Origin: Gnetum montanum
Taxonomy: Eukaryota; Plantae; Gnetophyta
Length of the DNA stretch: 64,000 nt
Assembly (NCBI GenBank): GCA_015680685.1
Contig: MNCI01000381.1
Location: 266,421 to 330,420 of the forward strand
Direction: 5' to 3'
Part shown: one piece after another, positions 13,891-27,681 of the stretch
How positions within the stretch are numbered: position 1 is the stretch's first letter
Layout of the letters: the number at the start of each line of letters is the position of its first letter
The notes under the pieces: generated by a model
What the model saw: only the letters and a program-made list of their open reading frames with translations
What the model was told of the DNA's origin: nothing
Database searches by the model: none
Translations under genes and position numbers: made by a program

Positions 13891-15312
13891 CTCCTTTAAA
13901 ATAAACTATATAGTTAATAAATTTTAGTTCATTACTAAGTAATGATATTTCTTATAGTTGTGATAGTCTTATAATTATCAGATTTGGAATGATACAATGT
14001 GAAATCTTTGGCAAGTGGTATGGACTTGTTTTAGATCTTGGACGGATAGGCTAATGATCATTTTAACCATGCATCAGACGCAAAATTTGTTATGCTTATG
14101 ATAAGACACCTCATGTCCCATTTTTTCCAACCCCTACTAGTATCCTTCCACTACACTATTATATATAATTATAATTTGATGATTTTTTATGACATAGTGT
14201 TATTTTATTCTTGGAGCAATATTAACATGTTTGTTTTGGAAGATAAGTATGATTTACATTAAACTCCTTGAGGGCCTGCAAATACTTATAGGTGTAGTTA
14301 TACAAGGGAATTAAGGATAGGACCATACTTTAGGGAGGACCCACATGTATAACTCTTATTTTTCATACTTATGACTAATTCCACATCATCTTGTATCCCC
14401 TAGATACTTTATCAATCATCATTATTTCCCTACATATTTGTATGCATTCATAAATGCAATAATTTTGATCAAAGCATATTCTAAAACTTAGTTGACTTAT
14501 CTTGCCCAAAATCCTTCTTTAAAATAATTTTGACATCAAATTCGCACATTCTAAGCATCATCTATGATCAGGAATCCTTTACATCATCTTTACATCTTCC
14601 AAACTACTCATTTCATTAATTTTTTCATCAAATTTTGTAAAAATTTTAAAACTTCCACAAATGATATTCTAGATATGATATATGAGGCCCTGTGATATTA
14701 CATCAATGATGTCACTCTAAAAAAATTATCTATATGCATGGACTATTAGAAATTTTTTCCATTCCATCATTTCACACAAGAAGAGTTCATGTTATTTTTC
14801 TATTTGAAAACATTCAGAGCTCCATATCTTTCTCATTGCACACATGATTGGAGTCATTCTTGATTTTTTTTACTTAAAAAATGATCATCTTAGTTGTAGG
14901 GAAGAGCATTAAGCATAGTTTTTCTAAATTGCTCAAGATTTCTAATGCCTTAAAGAATAATTAAGGGTAAAAACCATAAGAAATAATAACATTCTAATCT
15001 AACATAAGTAAAAAATTTTTATTGTTCTTTCTAATTGTCCATTTGAATACATTTTAAGTAATAAATTGAATATCCTAACTGATTGTCAAGTTAAAATTAT
15101 TTTCAATCAATTGTTAAATTGTTTAATTAAGAATTTCTTTGAACAAGGGTTTTAATGAGTTGATGAATTTTCCAACTCTACCATCCAAATTAAAAATGAA
15201 ATTAATTATATTGAATACTTTTGATCAAAATGCTAAAATTGACAAAGGATTAGGAACTGTTAGGGAGTTTTCTAGTATTTTAAGTTAATCTTAAATTTTC
15301 TTATGATTGTAG

Positions 15313-17040
15313 ATGCTACTAAATAGAATACCCAAAGCTGAGGGACCATTACAACCACAAGAAAAGAGACCCAGAGGAAGAGAAAGAGGCTAAGGTGCAA
15401 ATCAAACTCATTTTGTGAAGAAAGAGGTGTAATCATACTTAGTCAATTAGCTCACACCTAGAATAGGAAAATCTACATAGGTAGAAGCCGATGCATTGCC
15501 AGCTCCAGAAGAAGGACAATGGCTCACACTCTCTAATGAGTACTTACAGGCCATCCAGAAAAAGTCGATCATATTTACCATGATGGTGGAACTTAACTTT
15601 GAACCATTTATGAGGTTCACAACTATAGAGGTTCACAATCAATTCCAAGCCTTACCACTCTATCCAATCATCTTAAGAAATGGTAAACGGTATTTGGGGG
15701 AAGTCCATAAATTCTAGAAAATAGACTAAATGATACCATAGTGAATATTAAGGGAGTGATAATGTGATATTTAGTAGAAGTAATTACAATGACATTGAAT
15801 ATACCAAATGTCAAGGCCAAGATTGCTTAAATATCCACAAGGTCTAACGTAAACATAAGGAATTTATGGTTATATAAGGCATATGGAACTATAGAGAAAG
15901 AATATAGTGAATTATCCACCAAAAAGAAGATTTGACTTTAAGATTGGAACATATCATATCTTTTCAACCAAAATATTGAATAGAATTTTCACATATGCTC
16001 TTAGAAGAAGTTCTATTTTTATTGGGAAATTCCTAGCGAACTTTGCTCATTTGTTATTTTTGGAAATCCAAGGAAGATTTAAAGAAAAAAAGACAAGGAA
16101 AGCCACTTTTCCATTCCCTTGTTTCATCAAAATGTTGTGTAGACAAGTTAGAATTTTGGGCTATACTAATGATGTTCCCTAAAAAGCCCAAAATGCTTCA
16201 TATGTAGAAATATTCAAGAAAGTAACCCAAGAAATATCAAGTAAAGAAACTAGTAGGAATTGAGGCTACAATAGGAGCAACATGAGTGACAAATATTCTA
16301 GCCATAGGCATAGAATAGGCAAGACCTAGTAGGTCAATCCTAGCTAAAGAGTGAGCAAGATAGAGTGCTTTACCAACATAACTAGACTCCAATCCTTTCA
16401 TGAGCCACCTATAGTAGATAGCAGAAATAATCAGTTGGGACAATAGGCAAGTTTTAAGTATGCACATAGTAAGGGATAATCTATGCAGACCTATAGTATT
16501 CATAGGACCAGCAAGTGGTCAAATATCTTTTCAAGTTAGAAAAGATGATGATTGGACATAACAAATTCCATGAAATTATGCATCATTTTAGGTGATGTTG
16601 GAAACTAGAAAATGAGCTACTATAGTAGTGATGCAACAACAAGATGTAGCTAGAGCAGTAGAAGTCATAACAGATCATATTAAGAAATCAGTTAATATTT
16701 TCATTATACCTTCAATAGATATTTCTAGAGCTAAAGATGTAGAAAGATTAGTTGAAACATTAGGAAATGAAATAATGTCCCCTAGTGAACATGAAGATAT
16801 TTTATAAAGATTGTTATAGACAAGACATGTCATGCAAAATATTTTTGATATCCTTAATAATGTTGTGGTAGGAATCATCATAACTAGTCAAAATTGGCAC
16901 AACCTACATGAAATTGAGCTAGGAAGTTTGTGGTCATTAAACAATCTAGGAAAAACTAACTTTTGAAAATATTCCTTTAATCAAAAGGAAACTTGGAGAT
17001 CAAAGGATAAATCTAGTAATTCAAGCTAGAAAGTTTTCCA
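15313..17040 (+). pseudogene. E1 accessory (env-like / Transposase_32-like) ORF remnant
   Basis: ATG directly after an acceptor-like TTGTAG; ORFs 15496-15717 and 15907-16182; pattern EVHKF..IVNIKG..ITMTLNIP and FPFPCFI resembles the VxEFY domain of Athila extra ORFs. Confidence 0.6.
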
Positions 17041-20000
17041 TGTTAGTGAATATTGAGCAAGAAGGGATTATGAACACATGAAAATACCTTGCAAATAATA
17101 TCTAAGCATGAAGAAAATGCAATGTAATAGAAAGGTATGATTGTCAAAGCATTTGAAATAGTGCAAAGAAAAAATAGATCTATCAATAGATGCATGTAAG
17201 CCAAGAAGAAAAACATGAAATAAAATAGATTTGAAATAGATTTGGGTGAAAAAAGAGACAAAAGATCCCAAAATGGAAAATCTAGATTTACAAGAAAAGA
17301 CAAATGAACCTCCAAAAGTGTGTTCCTAGATGTGTACTAAAGATCAACGACATTTGACGAGAATTTGTGTTATCCCATTCTTACTCCAATGAGTGCACTA
17401 GTGCATATAAAATAGGAATGATAGTAGATCTAGTAGCTGATGATTGTAAGAGGAAGATTTGATTGATATATTGATCTAATTCCCAGTGAATCTACATGCA
17501 TCAAGAGGAAATCAAGAAGGGGATACAATATGTCAACATGGGAGAGAGAGAAGTGCAAGAGAGCTGAAATGAATATTAGATTTGTTAAAAGAAAAGCACT
17601 GATTAGCTTTATCTGAAATGATAAAATGCTAGCTAGATTGTTATAGATGCCAACTATTGATATTTAGTGGTATTCTCCTATATATAGGCTGAAAATGTCT
17701 TGTAGATCATGAAAAAATAATGTAGTTGGATCCATAGAACCTTCTAGAAGGTTCTAGATAGGAGAAATGGTGTAAAATGCAAAGTTTGACATTGGATGTT
17801 AAAAGTTTGATATAGGATGTTAAAAGATGGAGATGAAATTTAACATCAAAATTTGAAAGCAAGCTCAATGTGAGACGTTAAAAGCTTTAATGTGAGACAT
17901 CCAAACAAATTTGATATGGAACATGAAAACTTGATAATAAAAGTTGATGTTAGATTTCAAAGATGAAATTGATGTTGAATGTTAAAAATATGATGCATGA
18001 AATCGAAAGACAAATTGATACCAAATGTCAAAGTTATAAATGAATAGTGATGTTGAACATCAAAAGTCTAATGCATGATGTTGAACATCTATCTAGAGAT
18101 TTGATGTCAAACATCAAAGAGAAGATTTATGTAAGACATCAAAAAGTTAACATGAGCTATCAAAACTAACATGAGTTGTCAAAACTAAATTTCAATGTTG
18201 TACATCAAGACATGCAAAATTAGGATCAACATTGGATGTCAAAACTTAGATGAAGCTAAAATGATGTGATCAATGATGAAAAATGTTATTTCTACCAGGC
18301 TAAAGATAGAAGGCTAGAAATGCCATTGCAAATGATGTGAGATGTTAAATCTAGATCACTGAAGATGACTTCAAATGCTAAAAAGTTGATAAAGTATACT
18401 CAAGTTGAAAAAGCCAAAGTGAGTACAACAAGTATATCATTACAATAGAATTAGAATTAATATTTATCAAAGGCAAGCTAGTGATGAAAAAAAATAGGAT
18501 ACAACATGTAGAGAGTGAAGTGTAAAGACTACAAGAAGAATTAGCTCCACTAAGAGATGAAAGATAACATCTTGCACAATACATAATACTAGACCAGCTC
18601 ACATTGTTTAGAAATGAGCAAGTATATCAACTCATGACCAAGGAGAGATAAATGGAGATATAAAAGGAAAAGGCAATGTGAAGTGCCTTAGAAGCATATG
18701 CCTAGATATAGGCTCATGCTAAGGCCATTACTGCATTAGAAGAAAAGAACAACAAGATTGCTATAAAAGGTTTGAGATTGCCAAACAATGAAAAGTAGAA
18801 GAATGTACTCGAAGAAAGCATTCATCAACTAAGATAGTATATTTTTAGATTCAATGTTGATATAAGATAATTGATCCATGAAAACAAAACCTTTTCAATG
18901 GAAGAAGTACACATAGTATGATAAAAATTAGCCATTAAAATTATCATGTGACAAAACAAGGCTAATATACATGGAAGGCTCAAAGAACATTTTGGAGATC
19001 AAGTGGTCATGTATAAGTAAATCAACAAGAAAGAGGTCCAGATGACTAAATCCAAAATTAGTTTCATGACACAAAAAACACCTGATTGGAAACCCATCCT
19101 AGATAGTCTCATCCTTGTTCATCAAGCTAAGTTGAAGAACAATGATATGTAGCTAGAAGTCAAATATGAAAATTCCATCATTAAAAGATTGAAGCTAAAG
19201 AATAAAAAGCTAGTCAACAGTCATTTGTCATATAGTTTAAAGTTAACCAACAAAGATAAGACTTCTTTCATAGATGAAATCATGTATAGAACCATGATTT
19301 AATCACTTTAGTTTCTTTGCCACACCAGACTAGATTTAGATGAAACATCATACTTATCCAAATTCATGCAAGAGCCAAGACAATCTCACATGCAAGCACT
19401 TATGCATCTCCTCAAGTATGTAAAAGGAACTTGTAACTTTGAGATCTAATTTAATGAAGAAGACAATAAGCTTCATGCATATTTAGATTTTTATTGGGCA
19501 AGAGATAATGATAATAGAAAATACACATTAGGAGCTCTCATTATGCATGGAAAAAATCCAATATACTAGAAATCAAAGAAATAATCATTAATCAACTTAT
19601 CCACCTATGAAGTAGAAGTTATTACCATGGCTACATGCCTCCAACACATACTCTAGCTAAAAAAACTTCTCTTACACTTAGCATTTGAATTTAATCTCTC
19701 TACAAATTTGTATTATAATTATACAGTAATAATTCAACTATCCCAAAACTATGTGCATCGTAAAAAATCAAAACACATTGAAATTAAGTACTATTTCATC
19801 AAGCAAGAAGTGAAATAAGGAACCATTAAATCCATTCACATTAATTCAAAAGAGTAGCTTGATGACTAGCTAACAAAAAATCTTTTATCTCACAGGATAA
19901 GTGCCTCAATGAATCTATAGGAATTCAAAGCATGAAAAAAAAGGAGAAAGCAAAGATGAAGAATAAAGATTGCCTTCCACTCTAAGAATAGATTATTGGC

Positions 20001-20585
20001 TTTTTAGAGGAGAAGATAATAATTTTTTATTTTTATTATATGATAGGAGTTTACTTTAATAAAATATAGGAAATTTCTAGATTTATGCATAGTTGTAATG
20101 TTATTTTGGCCTTAATCCATATATATATATTTAAGTTTTAAAGTTTTTTTATTAAGGCTATATTGTATTATTTTTAGTAAACCTTGCGCCACTTGTCACA
20201 TATACATATATTCAAGGTATCTCTTGGAAATTTGTATCATGGAGTCATTACCATAACTTCAGCAAGAATTTCACTACTTCATCATCAATTTATCAATTTA
20301 TCAACATCATTCATCATTATTTACTTAATCTTGGAAGTTGAACAATCAAAATTGTGGGCATTTACTATTTCAATTATATATAATTAATTTCAAAATATTT
20401 TTAAATTATTCTAAATCTATTTGAAATCTGGAAGACATGGCTATGTTCAACTAAAATTTCATCTTAATATCTATGGTGATTTGGAAAAACTTTATTATGT
20501 AATTTCACATATTTTTTAACTCCCAAAATTTTACTAGAATGAATGATGATTAATGATTAGATTATTTTTCTTGCATCTCATAACA
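17041..20585. mobile_element. Unit F: TGTTA...TAACA-bounded composite LTR-retroelement segment
   Basis: Abruptly interrupts the E1 ORF; palindromic TATA CCTATATATAGG 17677-17688; decayed TTGACGTCAA array 17780-18350; copia RT/RH 19100-19935; G-box-like GCCACTTGTCA and TATA-like site ~20186-20210. Confidence 0.5.
19100..19935 (+). pseudogene. Ty1/copia RT C-terminus plus RNase H remnant
   Basis: MYRTMI.SL.FLCHTRLDL, LSKFMQEP..SHMQA..HLLKYVKGT, AYLDFYWA.DNDNRK, LSTYEVE, KSKHIEIKYYFIK. Confidence 0.9.
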
Positions 20586-23000
20586 ACTTGATGTAATTCT
20601 AGATTTATTTGAAGGCCAATATCTATGGAAAGATTTAATTAAAATTTTAGCATAAAAAACTTAACAACTTTTGAGTTATCATCTCTCAACATTGTAGTAC
20701 CAGATTTACTGCAATTTTTGATAGATTAGAAAGAATATAACATAACCTTAGTTTCTAAATATATTGTATAGTAATTCCATTTCAAATTATACAGAAATTC
20801 CTATGCTTTACAAAAATACAAATTTTATTAGTAGATTCATTATAAAGTTAAGATAACCAAGCAATTATTTTGCTACCTAAAATTCCTTCATTTCCTACTA
20901 AGAAACACATTGAAAAGTTGCTTTAGGAATTATATTTGCATGTTCCACTTCAAAAAGCCATAAAAGACCCTTCTCTTTATGTAAATATTTAAGGAATTTT
21001 TGCACTAAGAGGAAAAAAAGAGAATCCCTAAGCAAGTATACTTAGTGGACAACATATCCCAACCCATTAAAAGCTATGAAATACTAGAATAATAAGACTA
21101 GGATGTGCCAACTATTCCAATTCAAATTAATGGACAAAAGATGAAAAACATCCTATTAGACTTAAGAGTTAGCACCAACATCATGTCATGTAAAGTGATA
21201 TAGGTCTTAAACCTAGAAAACATACAATAGATTTATACATCCATGTCATTAGTTGATGGTTCAATGATTAAACCATTAGGAATAGTTGAGAACCTAATAG
21301 TAGAGGTAAAAAAAGGGAAGTTATTCTATAGATTTTTTTTGTTTTGAAATTTAAGGATCATGAATATTTCTCTATCATACTAGGAGGATCCTAGCTTGCT
21401 ATAGTTGATGTAATCATTCATTGTAAGTTAGGACAACTTCAACTCACTTTTGCAAACCTCACATTTATCATTAACATCTTTGACAAGGCAAAGAAACATA
21501 TAATAAACCAAGATATTAAATAAGAAATAATTTTTTATTCAATTATAAATTTAGACATGGATGAAGATAGGAAGAATTTAGCATTAAACAATTTTCATTA
21601 AGGAACCATAGGTTGTTCCATAAAAGAGCAACAAAATCTATTAGATCAAATCCTAAACCTTGGATCAAGAATTATAGACAACAAGTTAGCTCAAAAAACT
21701 TTCAAGTACTCTTAAGTAAATTTTTCCTATGAAAGATAAATAATTAATAATAAATTTAAACTTTACAATTGATTAGGAGATTAAGCTAATTGAAATATTA
21801 AAAAGAAAATTTAAGGCATTTTCATAGAGTTATAAATATCTTCATTATTGAACTTCTTCTAACATATGTCAAACCATATCTACCCAGGAAATAATATTAA
21901 AATAGTTAGAATTCCTCCAAGAAGAGTCAACCTAATCCTCAGGGAGATTGTAAATAATGAAGAGAAAGTTAAGGTTATTTCAACACTTCTAGTCCCATCC
22001 AACTTATGAACTCTTTAATCCTTCCTAGGACATGCTATAAGAGGTTTATTCAAGATTTTTCTAGAACTTCTAAAGCTTTTTATAAGTTCTGGAAAAGGAT
22101 GTACCTTTTACTTGAATACATGATTACTAACAAACTTTCAATAAACTAAAGGAAAAGCTAATCTTAGCCCTAGTAATCAACTTACCCAATTGGAATTGGC
22201 CTCAGATTTGATGTTGGCCTCAGATTTGATGTGTGATGTAAGTGATATAGTTGTAGAAGCTATCCTTGGATAATACATAGAGAATAAGCCTAGAGTAATT
22301 TACTATGTTTCATAAATCTTATATCAAGCTTAAGTAAATTACACTACAACTAAAAAAACACTTAGTGATTGTGTATACCTAAGATAAATTTAGATACGAT
22401 ATAATAGAATATAAAAATAAAATGTACACATATCATTCAACTATTATGTTCTTAACCAATAAAATGATCAAGAACACAAGAATCATGAGGTGGTATTTAA
22501 TACATCAAGAATTTAATCTTGAGATCCTTAACAAAAGGGATAGGAAAAATATTATAGCTAAACATATTTATAGGCTAGAAACCTTAACAAAAAATAGAAC
22601 AAAGGCATAATTTAATGATAAAATTTTTTGATGAACAACTTTTCTTAGTTAAGAAAGATCCATGGTTTGTTAATATAGAAAGATATTTATTCATAATAAA
22701 AACTTCAACTCACTAGAGTTAGGAGGAAAAGAAATATTTGTTTAAAAATGTATCAAGGTACATATGGAGTGAATAGCAAATCTATCATATATGTAAAGAT
22801 GAAGTAGTTAGAAGATATGTTTCAAAGAATAAACAATGGAAAATATTTCATAGATGCCATGATAACCTTAGAGGTGGAGAGTTTGATAGCTATAGAAAAA
22901 AATTAAAAGTATCATAAACAAGGTTTTATTAACCTACTATCTTTAAAAATACACACATATACATATATAGGTATGAGAAATGTTAATGAATATGTAGGTC
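20586..23000 (+). pseudogene. Element G: internally deleted Athila-like pol (PR, RT ends, RH, INT zinc finger)
   Basis: LHVPLQKAIK..EFCTKRK linker; PR NILLDLRVSTNIM (~21150); RT core absent at 21960; RH DLMCDVSD (~22230); INT HRCHD..GG (~22855); truncated ~23000. Confidence 0.8.
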
Positions 23001-24391
23001 CATTAAATCCTACAATTTTTTTAGCTTTGTTGTAACCCAAACAAAGCATACCACAAACTAATGTAGTACCTCATGTTCCTATGACCCATCTAGTGCCTAA
23101 TACTTGCTAACTCAAAAATCTAATAAAAGAGATTAATGCATATATGCTAAAATTAAAGAAAAATATGAAATACTAAAATTATTTAAAATAAATTAAAATT
23201 AAAATTAAAACATAATATTCAAGAGACCCCTCCATCTATGAACCAAATGAATGAGCACCATTAGAGAAGATTATACAATGAAAACCCTTATCAATCCAAA
23301 AATCCATTACTGAAATATCAGCCAAGGTTAATGAAATGTGGAACTCTATTGATGAAAAATTTTAAACAACTATTAAAATTGTGAAGGAGATAGAAAAATA
23401 GGAAAGAGCTAAAAACAAAAACTAAATAAAAAAGAACATAGAAAAGAACTATTATCATTAGAATGGAAAAGCTACTATGGTTAAGGAGATTGCAGACTCT
23501 AAATTAGAAGATGATAGATGTGAAATTTGTAACTATGAGCAATCATATCATACTTATAAGAGTTTAAGGTTTATCTCTTAAACCTAAAATTCATTAGAAG
23601 ACAAGCACCTAAGAGATTGTCTTACCCAAAAGGCAACTACATGTAATAGTTCCACCAAAAACCAATAATATCTAAGTGGAATGCAACCTTAACCTCAAGA
23701 TTATTATCAACCATGAAATAATCCATAGTTGTGGGGGATGGCATCACTAAGATAGCAATATTCCCATACATAGATAGATCCATATGAATATTATGTCTCA
23801 CAACCTATATCACTTAGTGGCTCCATCATTCATACATCTTTCTATCACTATTATTGTCCAAAGTTCAATAAACATAATACTTCATGAATTGAATCTCTTT
23901 CCACCTATACTCCTCACCATCCATAGCACCATTCACATTATGCCTTAAAACCTTTATCATCTACATCACAAATGCAAGGTGAAATACCCCTATAGCCTCA
24001 ACAATGGAGTGTTACCAAAGCCATGAACTTGTAAGTGGAAGACAAATCAAGTGGTTCAATGCAAGCCTTAAAAAAATCATTCTTTAGGTCAAATAGTCCA
24101 CCAAAACCATCAAAGGTATCTATGGCTACGAAATCCACTCAAACTATCCATGGTATATCTAATGAGTAGCCTTTAAACCAAAGAGCCCAAATATGCAAAC
24201 TATCATACTAATACATGCAATAATAGATTGAATTAAGGCATGCCATCTTTTTAGAAATAGAACTGATCTAGAAAATCCCTTGATTTATTTGTAGATTGTA
24301 AGAAATAAGCCATGAAAAGCTTTATTTTGGACTTAGGTTCTTGGATCAATCTAATTTCATAGAATATGTACAAGATATGAAACCTACCTCA

Positions 24392-24967
24392 TATAACGTC
24401 CCCATTCCCAAATGATGCTACTACATAATGAAGATGGTGTCTCTTCATAACTAATCATGAGATTAGTATAACAAGATTCAAAAAGGGAAGTTGTAATTAA
24501 GACCTGAAAGGCAATGTTGTAATAATGGACATGTCTCTCAAGGTGACCTTTGGGGATTTGACCTAAGGCATTTATACCTAGTCTTAGAGGTCGTACTAGC
24601 ATGGAGTAGTGGAGTCGGTAAAGGCAAGTCATGAGAGTTGAGTGAAGTGGAATAGGAAGAGGACTGGCCATCCCTTCTGGTCAAGAATAAGGCTAAACAT
24701 GGTGGTAGTGCTACATTACCTCTAAAAGGGATAGATGTCAAAGGAAGAAAATCCCAAGGAGCACTCTCAGAGCATGATCTAGATACACCATTCCATATTA
24801 ATAAAGCATTCTTTTCTTTTTCTTTCTACATTTTTCTTGTTATTTCCTTTATGCATAATGTTGAATGTTACGTATATTTGATGTTTGATATATTATATAC
24901 TTACACATAATGTCTAATATAATGTATATTTGACATTTTCCATGACATCTGGAAATAGGATGTCACA
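24392..24967 (+). mobile_element. Family C solo LTR (C1) inside the E2 protease region
   Basis: T(A/G)TAACGTCCCC...GGATGTCACA; colinear with 43015-43573; partial TSD CCTCA/CCTGC; the protease frame resumes NLP|ALKKCNIRLELAN. Confidence 0.85.
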
Positions 24968-26159
24968 CCTGCACTTAAAAAATGCAACATCAGGTTAGAG
25001 CTTGCAAATTAAACCATCACTATTCCATTTAGATTGGTAGAAGATATTGTGACTACCATTAGTAGTAGGTCCTATCCAATGGATTTCTTAGTAATTCAAG
25101 TTGATAACTACAAGGATAACTTTTGCATCAGAATGGAAAAGGCTTGGCTAAACCCATGAATGCTAAACTTGATATTAGAGACATTTCCTTGAACATTTTC
25201 TACAAAAAATGAATTTGGCAAGATTGAGAAGAAACAAGTTTTATGAATTACATACAATGATACAAGGTACAATTTTATACAAAAAATATGGACCATTAGA
25301 AGTATAATAATATAACATACAAATCATGTTCTAAATCAAAGAGCATTCCAAGGTCTTTGTACATAGGAATCACAGAGTAGGAAGGCATCCAATGATTAAT
25401 AATAGATGATAACTCCACTTCAACAATGTCCATGAAACCCATCGAAGCTCTCACAAGTGCCTATATTAATAGGATAAATGAGATGGAACAAATTAGATAC
25501 CAACTCTCAAACATAAAACTTAGAAGAAAAGCAAAAGCAAAATGAAGAGAGTTGAAAATTATAGAAGCCTATAAACTAGAACCCCTAGAGCTAAAAACAT
25601 TACTAAAATCTTTGGAGTATGTGTTCATGAATGATGAAAAACTAGTAATCATAAATGTCTAGCTTACTATGGACCAAAAAGAAAAGCTACTAAAGGTATT
25701 CAATAAATGGTCAAGAGTCTTTTCCTAGCCATATGATAAGATAACTAGAATTGATCCATGCATATGCCACCATAGAATTTATACAGACTCCATTATCCAA
25801 TGAGCTTGATTCATCTATCTTATGACAAATAGTGAGTAGGTTAGTTCACTTGTGATTATGTCCATGAAATATGGGTAATAGAGGGTCAACATTAATTTCA
25901 AGTGTTGAACATAGATACTTTTAAAGATCATTTTCCTTTGTCATTTGTGGATTAGGTGTTGGAAACCATCACAAAGCACAAATACTATGGTTTTTTGGAT
26001 GATTATAATGAGGACTGAGAACTTAGAAGGGGAGGATGAATAAGTTTCTCAATTCCCAAGAAAAACCTGTTACACAGAAAAATAAGAATTACATGGTTTC
26101 CCAACTTGGGTAGTACAGACTCAGAGGGTAGATTCCTTGCACACCTCTAGACTTTATTT

Positions 26160-26478
26160 CTTCCAAAATATGGTTTAAAGGATACCACAACCTTTATAAG
26201 ATTTAAGTTGCGCTATGGAGAGTTTCTTCGCTATGAAATCTCTCAACCCGCATGGTCCCAACAAGTTCAAAATGTGGTTTGAAGGGCAAGACACCCTGTA
26301 CAAGCTCTAAGCTCCACTCTAAAATGTTTCATCACTATGAAACAACTCAACCCTACAAGGTCTTGACAAGCTCATAATTTAGTTTCAATAATCCCATAAC
26401 CTTTACAAAATTGACCTTCGCTCTAGAGTGTTTTGATGTTGCAAAACCACTTAATCCTGTAGGATCTCAACAAGCTCA
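26160..26478 (-). repeat. Three diverged ~106-bp units in the D1 LTR U5
   Basis: Units ending ...CAACCC..GGTC..ACAAGCT; two homologous units in the D2 LTR at 32654-32868. Confidence 0.7.
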
Positions 26479-27681
26479 ATACAAATGCCTTCTTACAAGA
26501 AGCACATCAACTATACAAGGCAATAAGAAAGAACATAAAAATTAAGGAAAAATGTAACTACAATTACAAGACCTTGTTGTTGAGGCTTAATTCAACATAC
26601 AATTATCGTAGAACCAAGCAAATGATGTGACAATGTAAGACAAGAGTTCAAGAGAATAGATATGACAATGATTGCTTTGATGTTCATAATTCTTGCATAA
26701 TACCCAAGAATTTGAAGTTTTCTTATAGCCTTAGAGTTTTCATAAACACCTCAAAACTTGTGCAACCACTATTTAATAGCTAGGGTAGAAGTCTCCTTTA
26801 AGATTGGGATGTCTCTTTAAATTCAGCCTCAACTCTAGGGAGACATCTCCCTTCAGAATGGGATGTTTATGGGGAGATGTCTTCTTTCCAAAGGATATGT
26901 CTCATAGTTTTGAAAGACATCTTCCTATGATTGACTTCCTCTTAACCAACATGTCTTTTGTTCCTTGGAGATATCTTTTCAACTTTTGAGCTATGGTTCT
27001 TGAGGCTTTTTCTTGTTGATTTGGCTTCCTCTCAATCCCTAGAGAAACTTCATTTGACTCATAGCCTTTAAGTTTATCCATTCTTGTCCATGCTCTCATC
27101 TTTCCCATATAGTCTCCACTTTGACATCTCTTTGTAGATCTCATTTCTTAAGTTCTCATTCATGCCTTGAAAAATCATATCATTCCACAAACATTCTATG
27201 TTCTCCATTTTCCTTAAGGTTTTAACATATCAAAAGGTCAAAAATCTCCCCATTTCTGGTGATATTCAAAAGTTACAAAAAGGGTGAGTTGATAAAAAAT
27301 CTAAATAACAATAACCAATAAAAATATTAAGACATATAAATTCCAATAGAAGCCAAGGTTATAACTAGGATAATGACTCTAAATCTCAAGGCATAGGGTA
27401 GAGATCACATGAAATGTAAAATGAAACTATACTTTGCAAAGGAAAAACATATCTTCATAATAATGCAATAAAACACATAATCATGATATAGAAGCATAAA
27501 CTATTTGTTCAAGAACTATCCACATAAACTATTCATACAACCTATCCACAATGCATAGATCGGTTGAAATATCCTCAACATGTACAAAAACCACATATTT
27601 GCAAGCTCAAAACAAAAACCACATATGTGTACATCATTAAAAATTGATAGTCACCCCTTTTGGACATCACCAAAAAGGACT

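Larger units (their letters stand above)
4836..17040 (+). mobile_element. Athila-like Ty3/gypsy element E1 (LTR remnant, PBS, gag-pol, long 3' UTR, accessory ORF)
   Basis: LTR end ATCA at 6471 then TGGCGCT; domain order gag-PR-RT-RH-INT; extra ORF after a long non-coding region; interrupted by A2 and cut at 17040 by unit F. Confidence 0.8.
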
